64,000 bases of DNA, taken from the NCBI GenBank assembly GCA_030390025.1, contig CM059431.1, positions 119,538,001 through 119,602,000 of the forward strand, read 5' to 3'. The position numbers and the translations under genes are program-made. Of the stretch, positions 31,294-44,791 are shown piece by piece. The number at the start of each line of letters is the position of its first letter. Positions within the stretch are counted from its first letter, which is position 1. The notes under the pieces were generated by a model. The model ran no database searches, was not told where the DNA came from, and saw only the letters and a program-made list of their open reading frames with translations. The DNA comes from Squalus acanthias (taxonomy: Eukaryota).

Positions 31294-32666
31294 ATTACAT
31301 CTAGTTCCCTCGTCTAGATCATTAATATATATTGTGAATAGCTGGGGGCCTAGCACCGATCCCTGCAGTACCCCACTAGTCACTGCCTGCCACTCGGAAA
31401 AAGTCCCATTTATTCCAACTCTTTGCTTCCTGGTCTGCCAACCAGTTCTCTATCCAAGTCAGTACCTTACCCCCAATCCCATGTGCTTTAACTTTACATG
31501 CTAATCTCTTATGCGGGACCTTATCGAAAGCCTTCGGAAAGTCCAAATACACCACTTCCACTGGTTGTCCCTTATCTATTCTACCAGTTACATCCTCAAA
31601 AAATTCCAGTAGATTAGTCAAGCATGATTTACCTTTTGTAAATCCATGTTGACTTTGTCCGATCCTGTCACTGTTTTCCAAGTGCTCTGCTATTACATCT
31701 TTTATAATGGACTCTAGCATTTTCCCCACAACCGATGTCAGGCTTACCGGTCTATAATTCCCCGTTTTCTCTCTACCACCTTTTTTAAATAGTGGGGTTA
31801 CATTAGCTACCCTCCAATCATTGGGAACTGTTGCAGAGTCTATAGAATTTTGGAAGATGACCAGCAATGCATCTACTATTTCTAGGGCCACTTCCTTAAG
31901 TACACTAGGATGTAGATTATCAGGCCCTGGGGATTTATTGGCCTTCAATTCCATCAATTTCCCTAACACCATTTCCCTACAAATACTGATTTCATTCAAT
32001 TCCTCCCTCTCATTAGACCCTATGTTCCCCGACATCTCTGGGAGGTTATTTGTGTCCTCCTTTGTGAAGACAGAAGCAAAGTATGTATTTAATTGGTCTG
32101 CCATTTATTTGTTCCCCATTATAAATTCCCCTGATTCTGAATGCAAGGGACCTATGCTTGACTTCACCAATCTTTTTCTCTTCACATATCTATAGAAGCT
32201 TTTACAGTCAGGTTTTATGTTCCCTGCAAGCTTACTCTCATCTTCTATTTTCCCCCTCTTAATTAAGCCCTTTGTCCTCCTTTGCTGAATCCTAAACTGC
32301 TCCCAATCCTCAGTTGTTAGGCTAACTGGCCTATAGTTTCCTGCTTTCTGTCTCCCTCCTTTTTTGAATAGGGTAGTAGGGGAGTTACATTTGCAGTTTT
32401 CCAATCCATTGGGACCTCTCCAGAATCAAGGGAATTTTGGTAGATTACAACCAACGCATCCACTATCTCTGCAGCTACTTCTTTTAAAACCCTAGGATGC
32501 AGGCAATCAGGTCCAGGGAACTTGTCATCCTTTATTCCCATTAGTTTGCCTAGTACTTTTTCTCTAATGATAGTGGTGTTTTAAATTCCTCCCTCCCTAT
32601 AGCCCCTTGATTATCAATTATTATTGTAATGCTTTTAGTGTCTTCTACCGTGAAGACTGATACAAA

Positions 32667-33511
32667 GTGCTGGATTTTCTCAATGGAGATGAGTTGGAGG
32701 CGGAACTGCTGCTTGTCGGGTCAATGTCCTGCCTCCATCATCTTCTGGCCAACCATTGGGATTTTCCCCTTATTGATCTTGTTAAGCCCACCCTGCAGGC
32801 CCAGCGGGCCAATTAGGGGAGAAGTCACTGACAGAGCACGTCAACGTCTGATGTGCTATCTGTCAAGACTTCTTGAAAGAAGAAATGTCAGCACTTGACA
32901 GCTCTGTGAAGCTGTCAAACACTGACATTCTCTGTAGTTTGATGAATCCACGTGTTCAGGACTCATCAAACCTTTCAACTTTGTAGATTTCAGATGGCTG
33001 TTGGGTTGGAAGATCCAACAGCCAGTCTGTGAAATCGACAAGGAAGATGTCGGGTCTCCCGATCCAGAATGGATGAAGGCTGTAGGCAGAAACCACGGTA
33101 AGTGAACATTTTTTAAACTTAACACTCACCTTACATACTTACCACTCCACACTTGCACCCATCACTCACCTCTACATCTTACCTTCAGGTGCCTCCAACC
33201 CCTGCAGACCTCCTTCACGTCTTCTCCAACCCAGCAGGGTTCTCCAAGGTCGGGAAGCCTTCACCTGAGAAGGTAAAATGGCACTAATCCTTTTTTCTGC
33301 CTGTTAACTACCTGGTAACAGGCAGTTAAAAGGATTTAATCCCTTCCCCGCCTCCAGGAGATGGGACCCGAAGCAGCATATCTTCCCGCCTCCTGGCAAA
33401 AGCGCACGGAGGTGGGATGGGGGCGGGTTTGCCATCCGTCCCCATTTTCTGCTACTTTACTGGCAGTCCTGCCTCCATACCCGCCTCCTCGGGGCTGACA
33501 AAATCCAGCCC
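32667..33511. mobile_element. MITE family B, inverted
   Basis: TIR GTGCTGGATTTT / AAAATCCAGCCC, TSD AAA. Confidence 0.85.
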
Positions 33512-36500
33512 AAAGTATTTGTCCAAAGTCTCTGCCATTTCCCTGTTTCCCATTATTAATTCCCCAGTCTCATCCTCTAAGGGACCAACATTTATTTTAG
33601 CTACTCTCTTTCTTTTTATATACCTGTAGAAGCTCTTACTGTCTGTTTTTATGTTTTTAACTCGTTTACTCTCATAATCTATCTTCTCCCTCTTAATTAT
33701 TTTTTTAGTCATCCTTTGCTGGTTTCTAAAAATATCCAATCCTTTGGCCTACCACTAATCTTTGTAACATTGAATGCCTTTTCCTTCAATTTGATACCAT
33801 CCTTAACTTCCTTAGTTAGCCACGGATGGTTCATCCTTCTCATACAGTCTTTCTTTCTCACTGGAATAAACCTTTGCTGAGAGAAATTAACATTAAAAAG
33901 AATTCCCAAATGGGAGTCTTCAGCTCTTAAAGCTGAATTCCCTTCTGCACCTAAAAATTGGGAAAGGTGCTTCAGCGCAAATGGCTCAGCAAGCCAGGGA
34001 AGGGGCACCCAGGGTCTCGCAGACAGCACTCCAGCTTTGTTCAGGGGGTCAACACTACAAGCCAGCTCCTCTACCCACAGGGACCAGGAAGCCCTCCAGA
34101 AAGAAGGATGTGGGACTGCATCACCAAGGCCATCACTGGCAGCAGTGTTGCCCCCCACAATCTGGCTCCAGTGCCCAAAGAAGCTTCATGATCTCAGACC
34201 AGTGGTCAAGGTCAGTGAATGCATCTTCAAAGGCTGTCTCCTACCAACTGCACCACTAGCCTCGCACACTGTTCAACGCACGACCCATCGCCCAATCACT
34301 CACCTATCAACAATCTGTACCAAACACGAGGCACACAACTCATTCCTAGCTTCACCTCACCCCCTTGGAAGAGATGGTGCTGGCCATTCTTGGCAGGGGC
34401 ATAGCTGAGCCCTTGGCCAGCGGCGGGGCTGAAAGCATACAAGATGTTGGTATCCTCATACGTTATCCTCCTTCTCACATGCATCTCTTGCTTTCCTGCC
34501 CTCCCCTCACCACAACTCCACCCGTGTGCCTTCCTCATTTCAAACACCCAAGAGATGCAGACTGTCCAGCCAGTGGTTGGCCAAGAAGAGGGAGAGGAGA
34601 GTGAAGAAGAAGAAACACTGTCACTTGGTTTCACACACCCAGCCAACCGTTCCTCAAGGTCGACCAGCAAGGCCATTTGCAGTGTCTCCCACTGAAAGTC
34701 AGCAGTCTTCCACCAGCCATGCTGCAGCCACTGGGGTACAACTGCGTGACATCAGTAGGGTAGGCAAAGGCACACACATGGCAGTAACTAAGACAGTGCA
34801 GAAGGGTGATGAGTTGATTTCTTGACGCCATATTGGATGGATGGATGTATTAAGTAGGATTGGAAAGTTTGCTTTGTGGTGCCTTTTATTTCAGCATTGT
34901 GGCCAAGAGGATGCTGTGATGGTCAGTAACAGAGGGAAGGGAAGGTGTGGGACAAATGTTGAAAGGGGAATTGGGGTTGTGCTCACTGGCACCACAGGCA
35001 GATGATTTGAACCCGGATATCCCGGCCAGAAAGGGGCTGTCTGGATTGCATCCTTCCTCTATTTCCTCCTCCCCTGCTTCCTCTTCTTTTGCTTCCTCCT
35101 CTTCTGAATCTTCCTCTTCTGCATCTTCCTCTTCCCTCTGCAAGCGGATGCTGGAAATCTGAAATAAAAGCAGAAAATGCTGGCAATATTCAGCAGGTCA
35201 GGCAGCATATCGTCCTGGGACGTGAACTTTGTTTCTCACTCCACGGATATTGCCTGACCTGCTGGGTATTTCCAGCATTTTCTGTCTTCTCAGAGGCCTT
35301 CCTTTACCATCTGAGGCCTTGCAAGTATCCAGCAGCACTCCCTGCACTCCATGCGCACTTAAAATACTTTTAACATGTATTGTACCAAGCCACTACTTCA
35401 ATAACATTTTTTAAAACTTCAGTCCAAAAGCTTAAATGCAAACTTGCCTGAAAGGTGTGTGTGTCCCTTAAAGAGGTGCTGAACGCTGATTTTTCGGAGC
35501 AAGCTTAGGACCCAGCATTGAACTCAGCACTACGGTCAAAGTTCACAGAGTTGACTTTAATCGGCCGACTGATGTCACCCTCTGTTTATTTACATCTCCA
35601 GGGCCAACGCTAAGGCCCCCACCAAAATGACGGCTGTTGAGTCCCGTGCCAGAGAAGGGTGCTAGAGTGGCGGCCAGGACAGTGGTACAAACGGGTGGTG
35701 GTAAGCAGCCCATTTTTTAGGCTTTAAGTTTTCTGTACCCACCACAAACTGCATTCCCAAGCCACCAACTTCCTCCCTCTCCCTGGCCACTTTCTGAGGC
35801 GAAACCAGACTGTTCGCAAGCTTGCCATTCTATTTGACCCTAAGCTCAGCTTCTGTCCCCATATCCGTTCCATCACCAAAACTGCCTACTTACAACTCCG
35901 TAACATTGCCCATCTCCTCCCCTGTCTCAGCTCACCTGCTGCTGAAACCCTCATCCATGCCTTTGTTACCTCTAGACTTGACTATGTCAATGCTCTCCTA
36001 GCCGGCCTTCCACGTTGCACCCTCCATAAACTTTAGCTCATCCAAAACTCTGCTACCCTTAAACTATCTCGCACCAAGTCGCGTTCACCCATCACCCCTG
36101 TGCTTGCTGACCTATACTGACTCGCAGACAGGCAACGCTTCGATTTTAAAATTCTCATTCTTTTTTTCAAATTGCTCCATGGCTTCGCCGCTCCCTATCT
36201 CTGTAACCTCCACCATCCCTGGATCCCTCAGAGATCTCTGCGCTGCACCAATTCTGGCCTCTTGTGCATCTCCGATTTCCATTGGCAGTCATGCCTTTTG
36301 CTGCCTAGGCCCTGAGCTCTGGAATTCCCTCCCTAAACCTCTCCGCCTCTCTTTTCTCTCTTACGATGTTCCTTAAAAGCTACTTCGGTGACCCCACCTG
36401 TCCTAATATCTGGCTTGGTGTCAAGTTTTGTTTGATAACGCTCCTGTGAAGCGCCTTGGGATGTTTTACTACGTTAAGGGTACTATATAAATGCAAATTG

Positions 36501-36574
36501 TTGTTGTTTTGCTTTCATCAAAGCCATTCAAGGGAGAGACAGTCTAAACAAAGATGTCACAGGTTGCAGCAATA

Positions 36575-36951
36575 AAAAGAAAAAGAAAGACTTGCATTTA
36601 TATAGCGCCTTTCATGACCACCGGACGTCTCAAAGCGCTTTATAGCCAACAAAGTACTTTTGAAGTGGAGTCACTGTTGAAATGTGGGAAAGATGGCAGC
36701 CAAATTGCGCACAGCAAGCCCCCACAAACAACAATGTGAAAATGACCAGATAATCTGTTTTTGTTACGTTGGTTGAGGGAGAAATATTGGCCAGGACACC
36801 GGGGATAACTCCCCTGCTCTTCTTCGAAATAGTGCCATGGGAACTTTTACGTCCACCTGAGAGAGCAGACGGGGCCTTGGTTTAACGTCTCATCCGAAAG
36901 ACTGCACCTCCAACAGGGCAGCACTCCCTCAGCACTGCACTGGAGTGTCAA
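36575..36951 (-). mobile_element. Deu-domain SINE (SacSINE1/AmnSINE1-like), 5'-truncated
   Basis: Minus strand TGACACTCCAGTGCAGTGCTGAGGGAGTGCTGC...CTTTCGGATGAGACGTTAAACC, recognised from memory as Deu domain; L2-like tail GGCGCTATATAAATGCAAG. Confidence 0.8.
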
Positions 36952-36979
36952 TGAAGTCATGAATGTTGATGTCTTTCAA

Positions 36980-37900
36980 TTTAATGAAGCAAAGAAATAT
37001 ATACAGAAATTAGAAAAATGGACAAAGGAGGTACTTCGTGATCTGTCCAAACATTGTTGCTTTTGCTTTAGGATACCAAATATTTTTTCAGTGATGCTTC
37101 TTGGTGACCGATACATGTGTACTTGTGAGTCAGCCATGTCTTCAGACCATAGCCATGTCCCTATGGAGACCAGCATTCACTCTATCGTTTTTCAAAGGAC
37201 CCTGGTAACCCGGACTGACACAGAATTACTGAGTTTTGACTTAAGGCAGGATAATTGGCATGATTTTATCCTTGACACTGCAGAAAACAGGCACATCCAC
37301 AGAGTAGTATCTAATGTGATTTATGAAGAAAGAGAATTGTGCCTTAAGGCAGGAATTTCAACGTAGGTGCAGTACATCACTCCACGCACATGGGAGAAAA
37401 AAAAAGCAACAGCATGAATCATTGCTAGATCTCAATCTGTACTCCTGCCAAGTTTGCAAGGTAAATGTATTACCTTCTTCTCACTAGGAGAACATTCGTC
37501 ATCTCATCAATTTAGCTACACAGTATATTTTTATGAATGAAATCGCATTTATGTTTTAGATTGAAACATAATCGACAAACTGAACACTATAAACTTGGGG
37601 CTGGTATCCAGGCCAACATGTATAGCATCAACATTACGAAGCGTGACACAAATATTCCAATGAAATTCCAACTATACCCCTGCAGCCTACTTCAAAATAA
37701 CTCAATATATATATGTATATACATGCACAATAAGCACTCTGCTTCATTCCAGCAGGCACTTCATATCTCACAGCGTAAATCTCTGATACTCCTCAATTTC
37801 AGGAAGAGTGTTAAGCCCTGTATCAATATGCAGGAGGAGGTCCTTTCTACTCAATGGATGATCTCCACAGACAGCCAACCCATTGGTAGGCATTGTTCCC
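36980..37900 (-). pseudogene. Highly decayed Harbinger/HARBI1-type DDE transposase relic
   Basis: RSITEKIFGILKQKQQCLDRS resembles R..IERTFG.LK.RFRCLDRS; NVDAIHVGL near 37610-37640 resembles AIDCTHV. Confidence 0.55.
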
Positions 37901-38739
37901 ATTTGATGCCCGAAAAATGGCAGCAACACAGACCAATTTCTACCCATTTGATTCTTGGTGAAGTTCTCAAGCTCCGAGGGATGCAAAGGCGACCTGCCAG
38001 CTTAGTCATTTTAACAACCCTTTGAGTTGCAATAGTCTATAGAATTATTTACAGGGCTGCTTAGGGATGAGTTGAGAATCTCTCCTTTATAAACATCCCC
38101 AACAGGGCAACCTTCTACCTTCACCCATATGTGGAATACTATTGGCCTATGATATATAATAAATCATAGTCACAGCATGTGACAAATTTATCTTAAGCTA
38201 GGCTTCATATGCAAGCAGGTATTTCATTTTGGGACTACAAACATAAGCTAGGAGTATATAATATATTCTTAAGAGACACAACTTCAGGTGCTACAGAACT
38301 CTCTGATTCTAACCAGCATACATCCGCTACCAGTTAAAAAAAGACTTTGCCATATAGTGAAGCTTGAATGCCCAAAATTAGTGAACCAGTTAACCCTTGG
38401 TTTTTCCTTCTGTAACTTGTTTAATTTTAGTGTCAGGGATTTCCCCTTCCACAGGAATTTCAAGAACATCTGTTTGGTTTTACTGAACCAGTACCTAGTG
38501 AATCATATTCGAGATATAATTCAGCTGGTATTATGTTTATCTGGTAATGAGAGGCATGGAACTTTCTACCTCTCGAAGTCTTTCCTATTGCCTACCAGTA
38601 GCTGGAACCCTTTATGTCCAAATCTCAAGAACACAGTCTAGAATCTGGTATGCCATTTATGCAGATTGCTTCTTAGTGTTGTTTCTTTAACTAAACTTGA
38701 GAAATCCTCCACCAGGCACTTAAATGCATGTTCCATAGC

Positions 38740-40425
38740 CTGTTCGGCCATTCAATGAGATCATGGTTGATCTGCGACCTAACTCCATATACCCGCCTTT
38801 CGCCAATATCCCTTAATACCTTTGGTTAATAAAAATCTATCAACCTCAGATTTAAATTTAGCAATTGATCTAGCATCATTTGCCATTTGCAGAAGAGAGT
38901 TCTAAACTGATACCACCCTTTGTGTGTAAAAGTGTTTCCTAGTTTCACTCCTGAAAGGTCTGGCTCTAATTTTTAGACTATGCCCCCTAGTCCTAGACTC
39001 CCCATCCAATGGAAATAGTTTCTCTCTATCTACTCTATCTGTTCCCCTTAATATCTTGAAAACTTCGATCAAGTCACCCCTTAACTTTCTAAATTCTAGG
39101 GAATACAACCCTAATTTGTTAATTACTCCTCGTAATTTAACCCTTGGAGTCTGGGTATCATTCTGGTGAACCTAGGCTGCACTCCCTCCAAGGCCAATAT
39201 ATCCTTCCTAAGGTGTGGTGCCCAGAACTGCTCACAGTACTCCAGGTGTGGTCTAACCAGGACTTTGTACAGCTGCAGCATAACTTCTACCCCCTTGTAT
39301 ACTAGTTCTCTGGCTATAAAGGCCAGCATTCCATTAGCCTTTTTGATTATTTTCTGTACTTGTTCATGATATTTTAATGACCTATGTACCTTGATCCCCA
39401 AGTCTCTTTGGACCTCCACAGTTTTTAGCTTTTCACCATTTAGAAAGTACTCTGTTCTATCCTTTTTAGGTTCAAAGTGGATGACCTCACATTTGTCTAC
39501 ATTGAAATTCATTTGCCACAGTTTTGCCCATTCACTTAATCTATCGATATCGCTTTGTAATTTTATGCTTTCAATTACACTGCCTACAATGCTGCCTATC
39601 GTTGTGTCATTGGCAAATTTGGATATATGGCTCTCTATGCCATCATCTAAGCCATTAATAAATACTGTGAATATTTGCGGCCCCAACACAGATCCCTGCA
39701 GGACACCACTAGTTTCATCCTGCCAATTAGAGTACCTGCCCATTATCTCTACTTTCTGTCTCCTGCCACTCAGCCAATTTGCTAATGAGGTCAATATTTT
39801 GCCCTCAATTCCATGGGCTTCTACCTTAGTTAACAGTCTGTTATGAGGGACTTTATCAAATGCCTTCTGCAAGTCCATATAAATAACATCCATAGACATT
39901 CCCCTGTCCACTACTTTAGTCACCTCCTCAAAAAATTCAATCAGGTTTGTCAAGCATGACCTACCTTTCACAAATCCATGCTGGCTCTCTCTGATCAACT
40001 GAAAGTTTTTGAGGTGTTCAGTCACCCTATCCTTAATTATCGACTCTAGCAATTTCCCCACAACAGATGTTAGGCTATCTGGTCTATAATTCCCTGGTTT
40101 CCCTCTCTTGCCATTCTTAAATAGTGGAGTGGCATGCACAATTTTCTAATCTAAAGGAACGGTTCCTGAATCGAGAGAACTTTGGAAGATTATAGTTAGG
40201 GCATCTGCAATGTGCTCACCTACTTCCTTTAAACCCCTGGGATGGAAACCATCTGGTCCTGGGAATTTGTCACTCTTTAGTGCCATTATTTTCTTCATTA
40301 CTGTTATTTTACTTATGTTAATTTCATTGAGTCCCTGTCCCTGAGTCAATATTAGTTTCCTTGTGATTTCCGGCATGCTATCCTCTTCCTCTACTGTAAA
40401 TACTGATGCAATTTAGTTATTCAAA
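38740..40425 (-). mobile_element. CR1 LINE, 5'-truncated
   Basis: 338-aa RT piece 39123-40139 (KAFDKVPH, QGSVLGP, FAND) plus flanking frameshifted pieces. Confidence 0.92.
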
Positions 40426-42492
40426 TTACTTTGTAAAAGTCACTACATTTTCATTCAAGTGGGCAGGATAGCTGAGTCCAAATAAAATATTCCCATCACA
40501 AAAGATCTTCTTGACGTCATTTAACTGAGTCCACTGCTGTTGCAGCTTGTATAACATAGAAATACATTGAAGTACAGAGAAGTTACAACACAGAAACAGG
40601 CTCTTCAGCCCAGCCAGTCCGTGCTGTGTTTTGTCAGGGAAGATCTCTAAATGATCACTGCCCAGCCGCAGACTATTTTTCTTTCACACTGGCTCTGGAA
40701 TCCGCAATACATCACAGTTCCGTTAGGCAGCCCCACTCGCCAGGAGCGCATATTAGGTATTCGGGCACATGCTTCCCATGATTCCAAATCCATTATTTTA
40801 ATAGACAGGAAATCATGGAGAGCAGTGCCCACATTCCTAATATATGCTTCCATTGAATGAATCAATTGGACCCCAATTTTATAAAATCAGCCCTAAAGTG
40901 TTATTGTAAGAACAAAATGTTCTATAAATAAATCGATCGCAGTATCCTAACAACGAACATAGGTTTTTCCTAAAGTTTCACAGAGTGATAGCTCACGACA
41001 ACGTACCATATTTGCAAAATTTTAGTCAGGTGTTCTGTGAACCAGTGTATCGAAGATAAAAATTGTCAGTAGAATTGCCCATCTATTCCTACTATGGAGT
41101 GGCCATAATAGGAATAATAATAATATATTTTTAAAAGATCTTTTGTCCCCCTCACCCTCAAGAAATGAGAGTAAGCACCAATTTTACAAAATGGTGCTCC
41201 AGGTGGGGGAGCTTCACCTGTTGGGAGTGCAAATTGGGAACTTCTGGGTGTGCTTCCCATGGGTTCCTGCCCAGTCTGAATGCTGGTGCTGTTAACTGCT
41301 TTTACTGATGTTATCGTCAACTGATGTTGGGAAGTTTAAAATGTATTAATATTTGACAGGCCCTGAAACATTGCAGCAAATTTCCACTCTGAACTTCCTG
41401 TCTCCAGCTAGGGCGGATGCTCCAGTAATGCCGCAAATGACTTGGATATCCACCAACACCCCTCCCAGGCTAATGATCCTGACCTTCGGATTTGGGATGG
41501 TGTTAGGGGTGCAGCAGACTCACACTGGAAATCCAGTGACAGAGCAGGTCCAGAAATTACAGGCCCCAAGCCTAAGCTTTCTGATTATAGGAAGCAATAT
41601 AGTTGTCACTAACTTTCAGTAGAAAATATAAGAGTGGAGCATCGACTAAACTAACCACAACCTTTTTCAGGAAAATTAACATGTATTTCTTAATTCCCTT
41701 TGAGGCCTGTGTTGGAATCTGTACTTCAAAATTAGATATTTTAACAAGTCTACATTATACCTTGTTGTTCCAAGAAGTCTATGGATTGAGGGCTTGGGTT
41801 GTGCAACTGAAGTGTCTGACATTTTACCTCATTTGTAAACAGATGAGTCTGTGAGAAATGACATCATTTTATTGCCAATCACACTGTTGGTCACTATATG
41901 CTATTGATAATTATTAATATTTATCCTATTTCAAATATGTTATTAAAGGCATTTTTGAAGTAAATGCTGAGTGCAAGCCCTAATTTTAATTTTATACAGT
42001 GGTTTCTGTAACATCTATTTTTTGTGACTTGGGAAGAAAATGAGTACCACAGAAATTTACCATTTCTCAAACTAGACTCATCTGCTCCAATTCTTGAGTA
42101 TTTTAGGTTTCTTGGGCAGTTGTAATGATTTAGAGAACGTGCTATAAAATATATCCCAAGATTGTCATTATACTTCTACCTTTTTTTTGGTGTGAACTGG
42201 TTTCTGATGCACATCCATGCAAGGGCTGTAAGGGCTGATTTCCTGATCAAGCACTCTTGATGAGGAATGCTGCTTGCTAGTTGGAAAATTGTCAGCCTGC
42301 AGCAACACAATTTTCTTGCCATTAGAAAGATACAAAATCAAAGCCTGTGATTTCTCTGCTTGCTGGAAGTGCCTGATTTGGAATAAGTCCTATAGTGGAT
42401 CCTGCGAGTCCTATAATTAGGTCTCAACACAGCTGCCAAGTGCATCAAAGCCAGGGCATGTGAGACCACCTCAGATAGGTCATAGAGTCATA

Positions 42493-43367
42493 GACCGCGA
42501 TTTTATCAGCACTGAGAGGGCGGGTTTGGAGGCGGGTCAAGGGTTAAAATCGTTTTGATTGATGGCGGGTTCCAATCCCGCCGTCAACCTGCCTCCAAAC
42601 AATTTTCCCAAGTGTCGGGTCCCCGATTTGTGCATGGACCTGACATCTAGCAGCGGGAAGAGGATTAAAACCACTTACCTGCCTGTTAATAGGTACTTGA
42701 TTGTAGTTAACAGGCTCTTTTTCAATTTTGCCGCTTCTGCCTCGGGGTTCCCGATGTTCGGACACCATGCCAGGTAGGTGTGGAAAGTTGTGAGTCTGCT
42801 GTAATGTTTCTGCATTGATGACAGCTGCAGAAGTGGTGTGAAGGATCCAATGGTGCACTGGTGAGTTTTAGAGATAAGAAAATGTTGGGAAAATCATTTT
42901 TAATGCATTTACACTTTTCTGTAGGTAAGAAGTTTTGAAATCGATGTCTAGTTCCACCTCATTGGGAGAACCTCTCTCACCAGTGACAGATCGCTTCTGT
43001 AACCTCACCTGCAGCTGTCATCTGTTCTAGCCTATGGAGGGAGTCATTGGAGAGTCTGGATGCAAGAGCGCACCTTTGTACAGTGATTGTCAGTGTTTGC
43101 ACCACCTCCATGCTGTCGAACACTGAGAAATGAGCTGTCAAACAAAATTGTGCGTGGTCCCTTTAAGAAAACCGGCAGATGACGTGTCATCAAATGATGT
43201 CATCTGACTGGCTTCCTCATAATTGGCCAGCAAGCCCACAGGGCGGGCTTAACAAGGCCAATCAACATAAAATCACGTCCATGGGCCGGATGCAGTTGGG
43301 GGCGGGACTGGAACCCGGAAACTACCTGACCCACTCCCAACCTGCAATCAATGACAAAATCGCGGCC
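42493..43367. mobile_element. MITE family C
   Basis: TIR GACCGCGATTTT / AAAATCGCGGCC, TSD ATA; copies at 50526 and 61746. Confidence 0.88.
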
Positions 43368-43699
43368 ATAGAGTCATAATGGCACAGAAGGAGGCCATTC
43401 AGGTCATCTCACATCACTTGAGCTTTGCACTGGATGTAGGATAAAACCAGCCAGTGTGCATGTGCAGAGCTCCTTCATTGCCGAGCTCATTGCAAGGTGC
43501 AATTAACAATATAACTTGGGCTAGACAGCTGTGCCTTCCAGAGATCAGTTGCAGACTGGCATAGTATAACAGCAGCCCAAGAGATTTCAGAAGCTTAAAA
43601 GTTTGTAAATTGTTGAATGAGCCTTCAGAGAAGGATATATTAAATACTATATGAAGTCAGTAATGCTTAGTAATGTTTATTCTAGTCAATTATTTTTGC

Positions 43700-43970
43700 A
43701 CCGCAGTTACTGTTGTTATGCAGGCAAATGCGGCAGTCAAATTGTGGACAGCAAAGTCCCACAAACAGCGAGTGAATGAATGACCAGCTAATCTATTTCA
43801 GTGGTTTTAGTTGAGGGATAAGTGTTAGTCATGACACTGGGAGAACTCCTCTGCTCTTCAGATAGAGGCATGGGGTCTTTTTGTCCACTTGAACAGACTT
43901 GGTTTAATGTCTTACCTAAAAGATGGCATTGCTCACAATGCTGTACTCCCTCAGTACTGAATTAAAGTAT
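43700..43970 (-). mobile_element. Older Deu-domain SINE fragment
   Basis: Diverged match to 36660-36950. Confidence 0.65.
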
Positions 43971-44791
43971 TCATACCAGCCAGTTACAAATGTGTTTGTG
44001 TTTTCTTCAAAAATACTTGCCTATTTTCTCAGGTGTGCTTTTGAAACTGTGAGGTATCAGTAGCTGTCTGGACAAATTTAACTACTGTAGCTATTTGCTG
44101 CATTTTTACTCCTCTAGTTTCAAGTTTCAATTGTTTAGATCCATGTCATTGCATTGAGATATATTTCCATGGCCCATATTACCATCATCTATCTGAAAGC
44201 ACTCTAAAAAGAATTAGCATCGTATCTAAGCCAACTGCATTTAATATTTGACATCAAGAGCTTTGTTCAGTTAATTAAAACAAAACAAAAGATTAGTAAA
44301 TGACTCATCTTACACTTTAAGGAATTATGCTTTAAACTCTTCACTGCACAATTCAATATTCTTTTTGAACTTGGGTTGTTAATCTCTGTTCACATCAATT
44401 GAGTTCAATCATACATCTTTGCTCCATTTGTGCCTCATTTGTGATTTGCTGTTTTGAAGGTATTTGTATTCAGCTCTATGGCAGAACTAGAGTACACGCC
44501 AAAATGTTAGCAACTGCAGCAAATAAGATTTCAAAAATAAAAATATTCTGGATAGAGACATTACCCCAGAACAAAAATCTCATCCGTTCAGCACATGCAC
44601 GCCTTTCAAAAATGTTTGAATCCACCTGTGCTGCAAAGTGCACATTTGTGTATGTCAGGTTTTCTGCTGTAATACGACTGGAATGTTGGGTATATCTGGG
44701 ACATAAAGTACAACAAGCTCATGCCCTATGTTCTAACTACAGAGCCATTTCTAAATTGTCAGCTTTTTTGGCCAATCAACTTCTTGAAGGT

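Larger units (their letters stand above)
29538..33885 (-). mobile_element. Two adjoining CR1 LINE fragments (junction near 32315), split by two MITEs
   Basis: ORF2 pieces 29631-30044, 30081-30392, 31376-32104 (GNYRPVSLTS, LDFPKAFDKVPH), 32317-32541, 33452-33739. Confidence 0.9.
29370..35723 (+). mobile_element. Larger non-autonomous Harbinger-like element, split by CR1 insertions
   Basis: Degenerate termini GGCCTAGAAATT / ATTTTTTAGGC; Myb/SANT-like relics QCPKKLHDL and EEMVLAILGRG at about 34160-34440. Confidence 0.55.
25770..36510 (+). mobile_element. L2-type LINE in pieces (about 25770-26650, 28375-28477, 29245-29360, 35725-36510)
   Basis: FKSAVITPL; CHSTEMALIKVTN; LSAAFDT; PQPSILGP; YADDT; 3' end GTGAAGCGCCTTGGGATGTTTTACTACGTTAA..ATATAAATGCAA. 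Confidence 0.8.

Noticed and set aside
34886..35143. Acidic 85-aa ORF as a host gene
   Set aside because: Low-complexity tract inside a Harbinger-like element.
36959..38025. Plus-strand 135-aa and 162-aa ORFs
   Set aside because: No motifs; they lie antisense to the decayed transposase relic.
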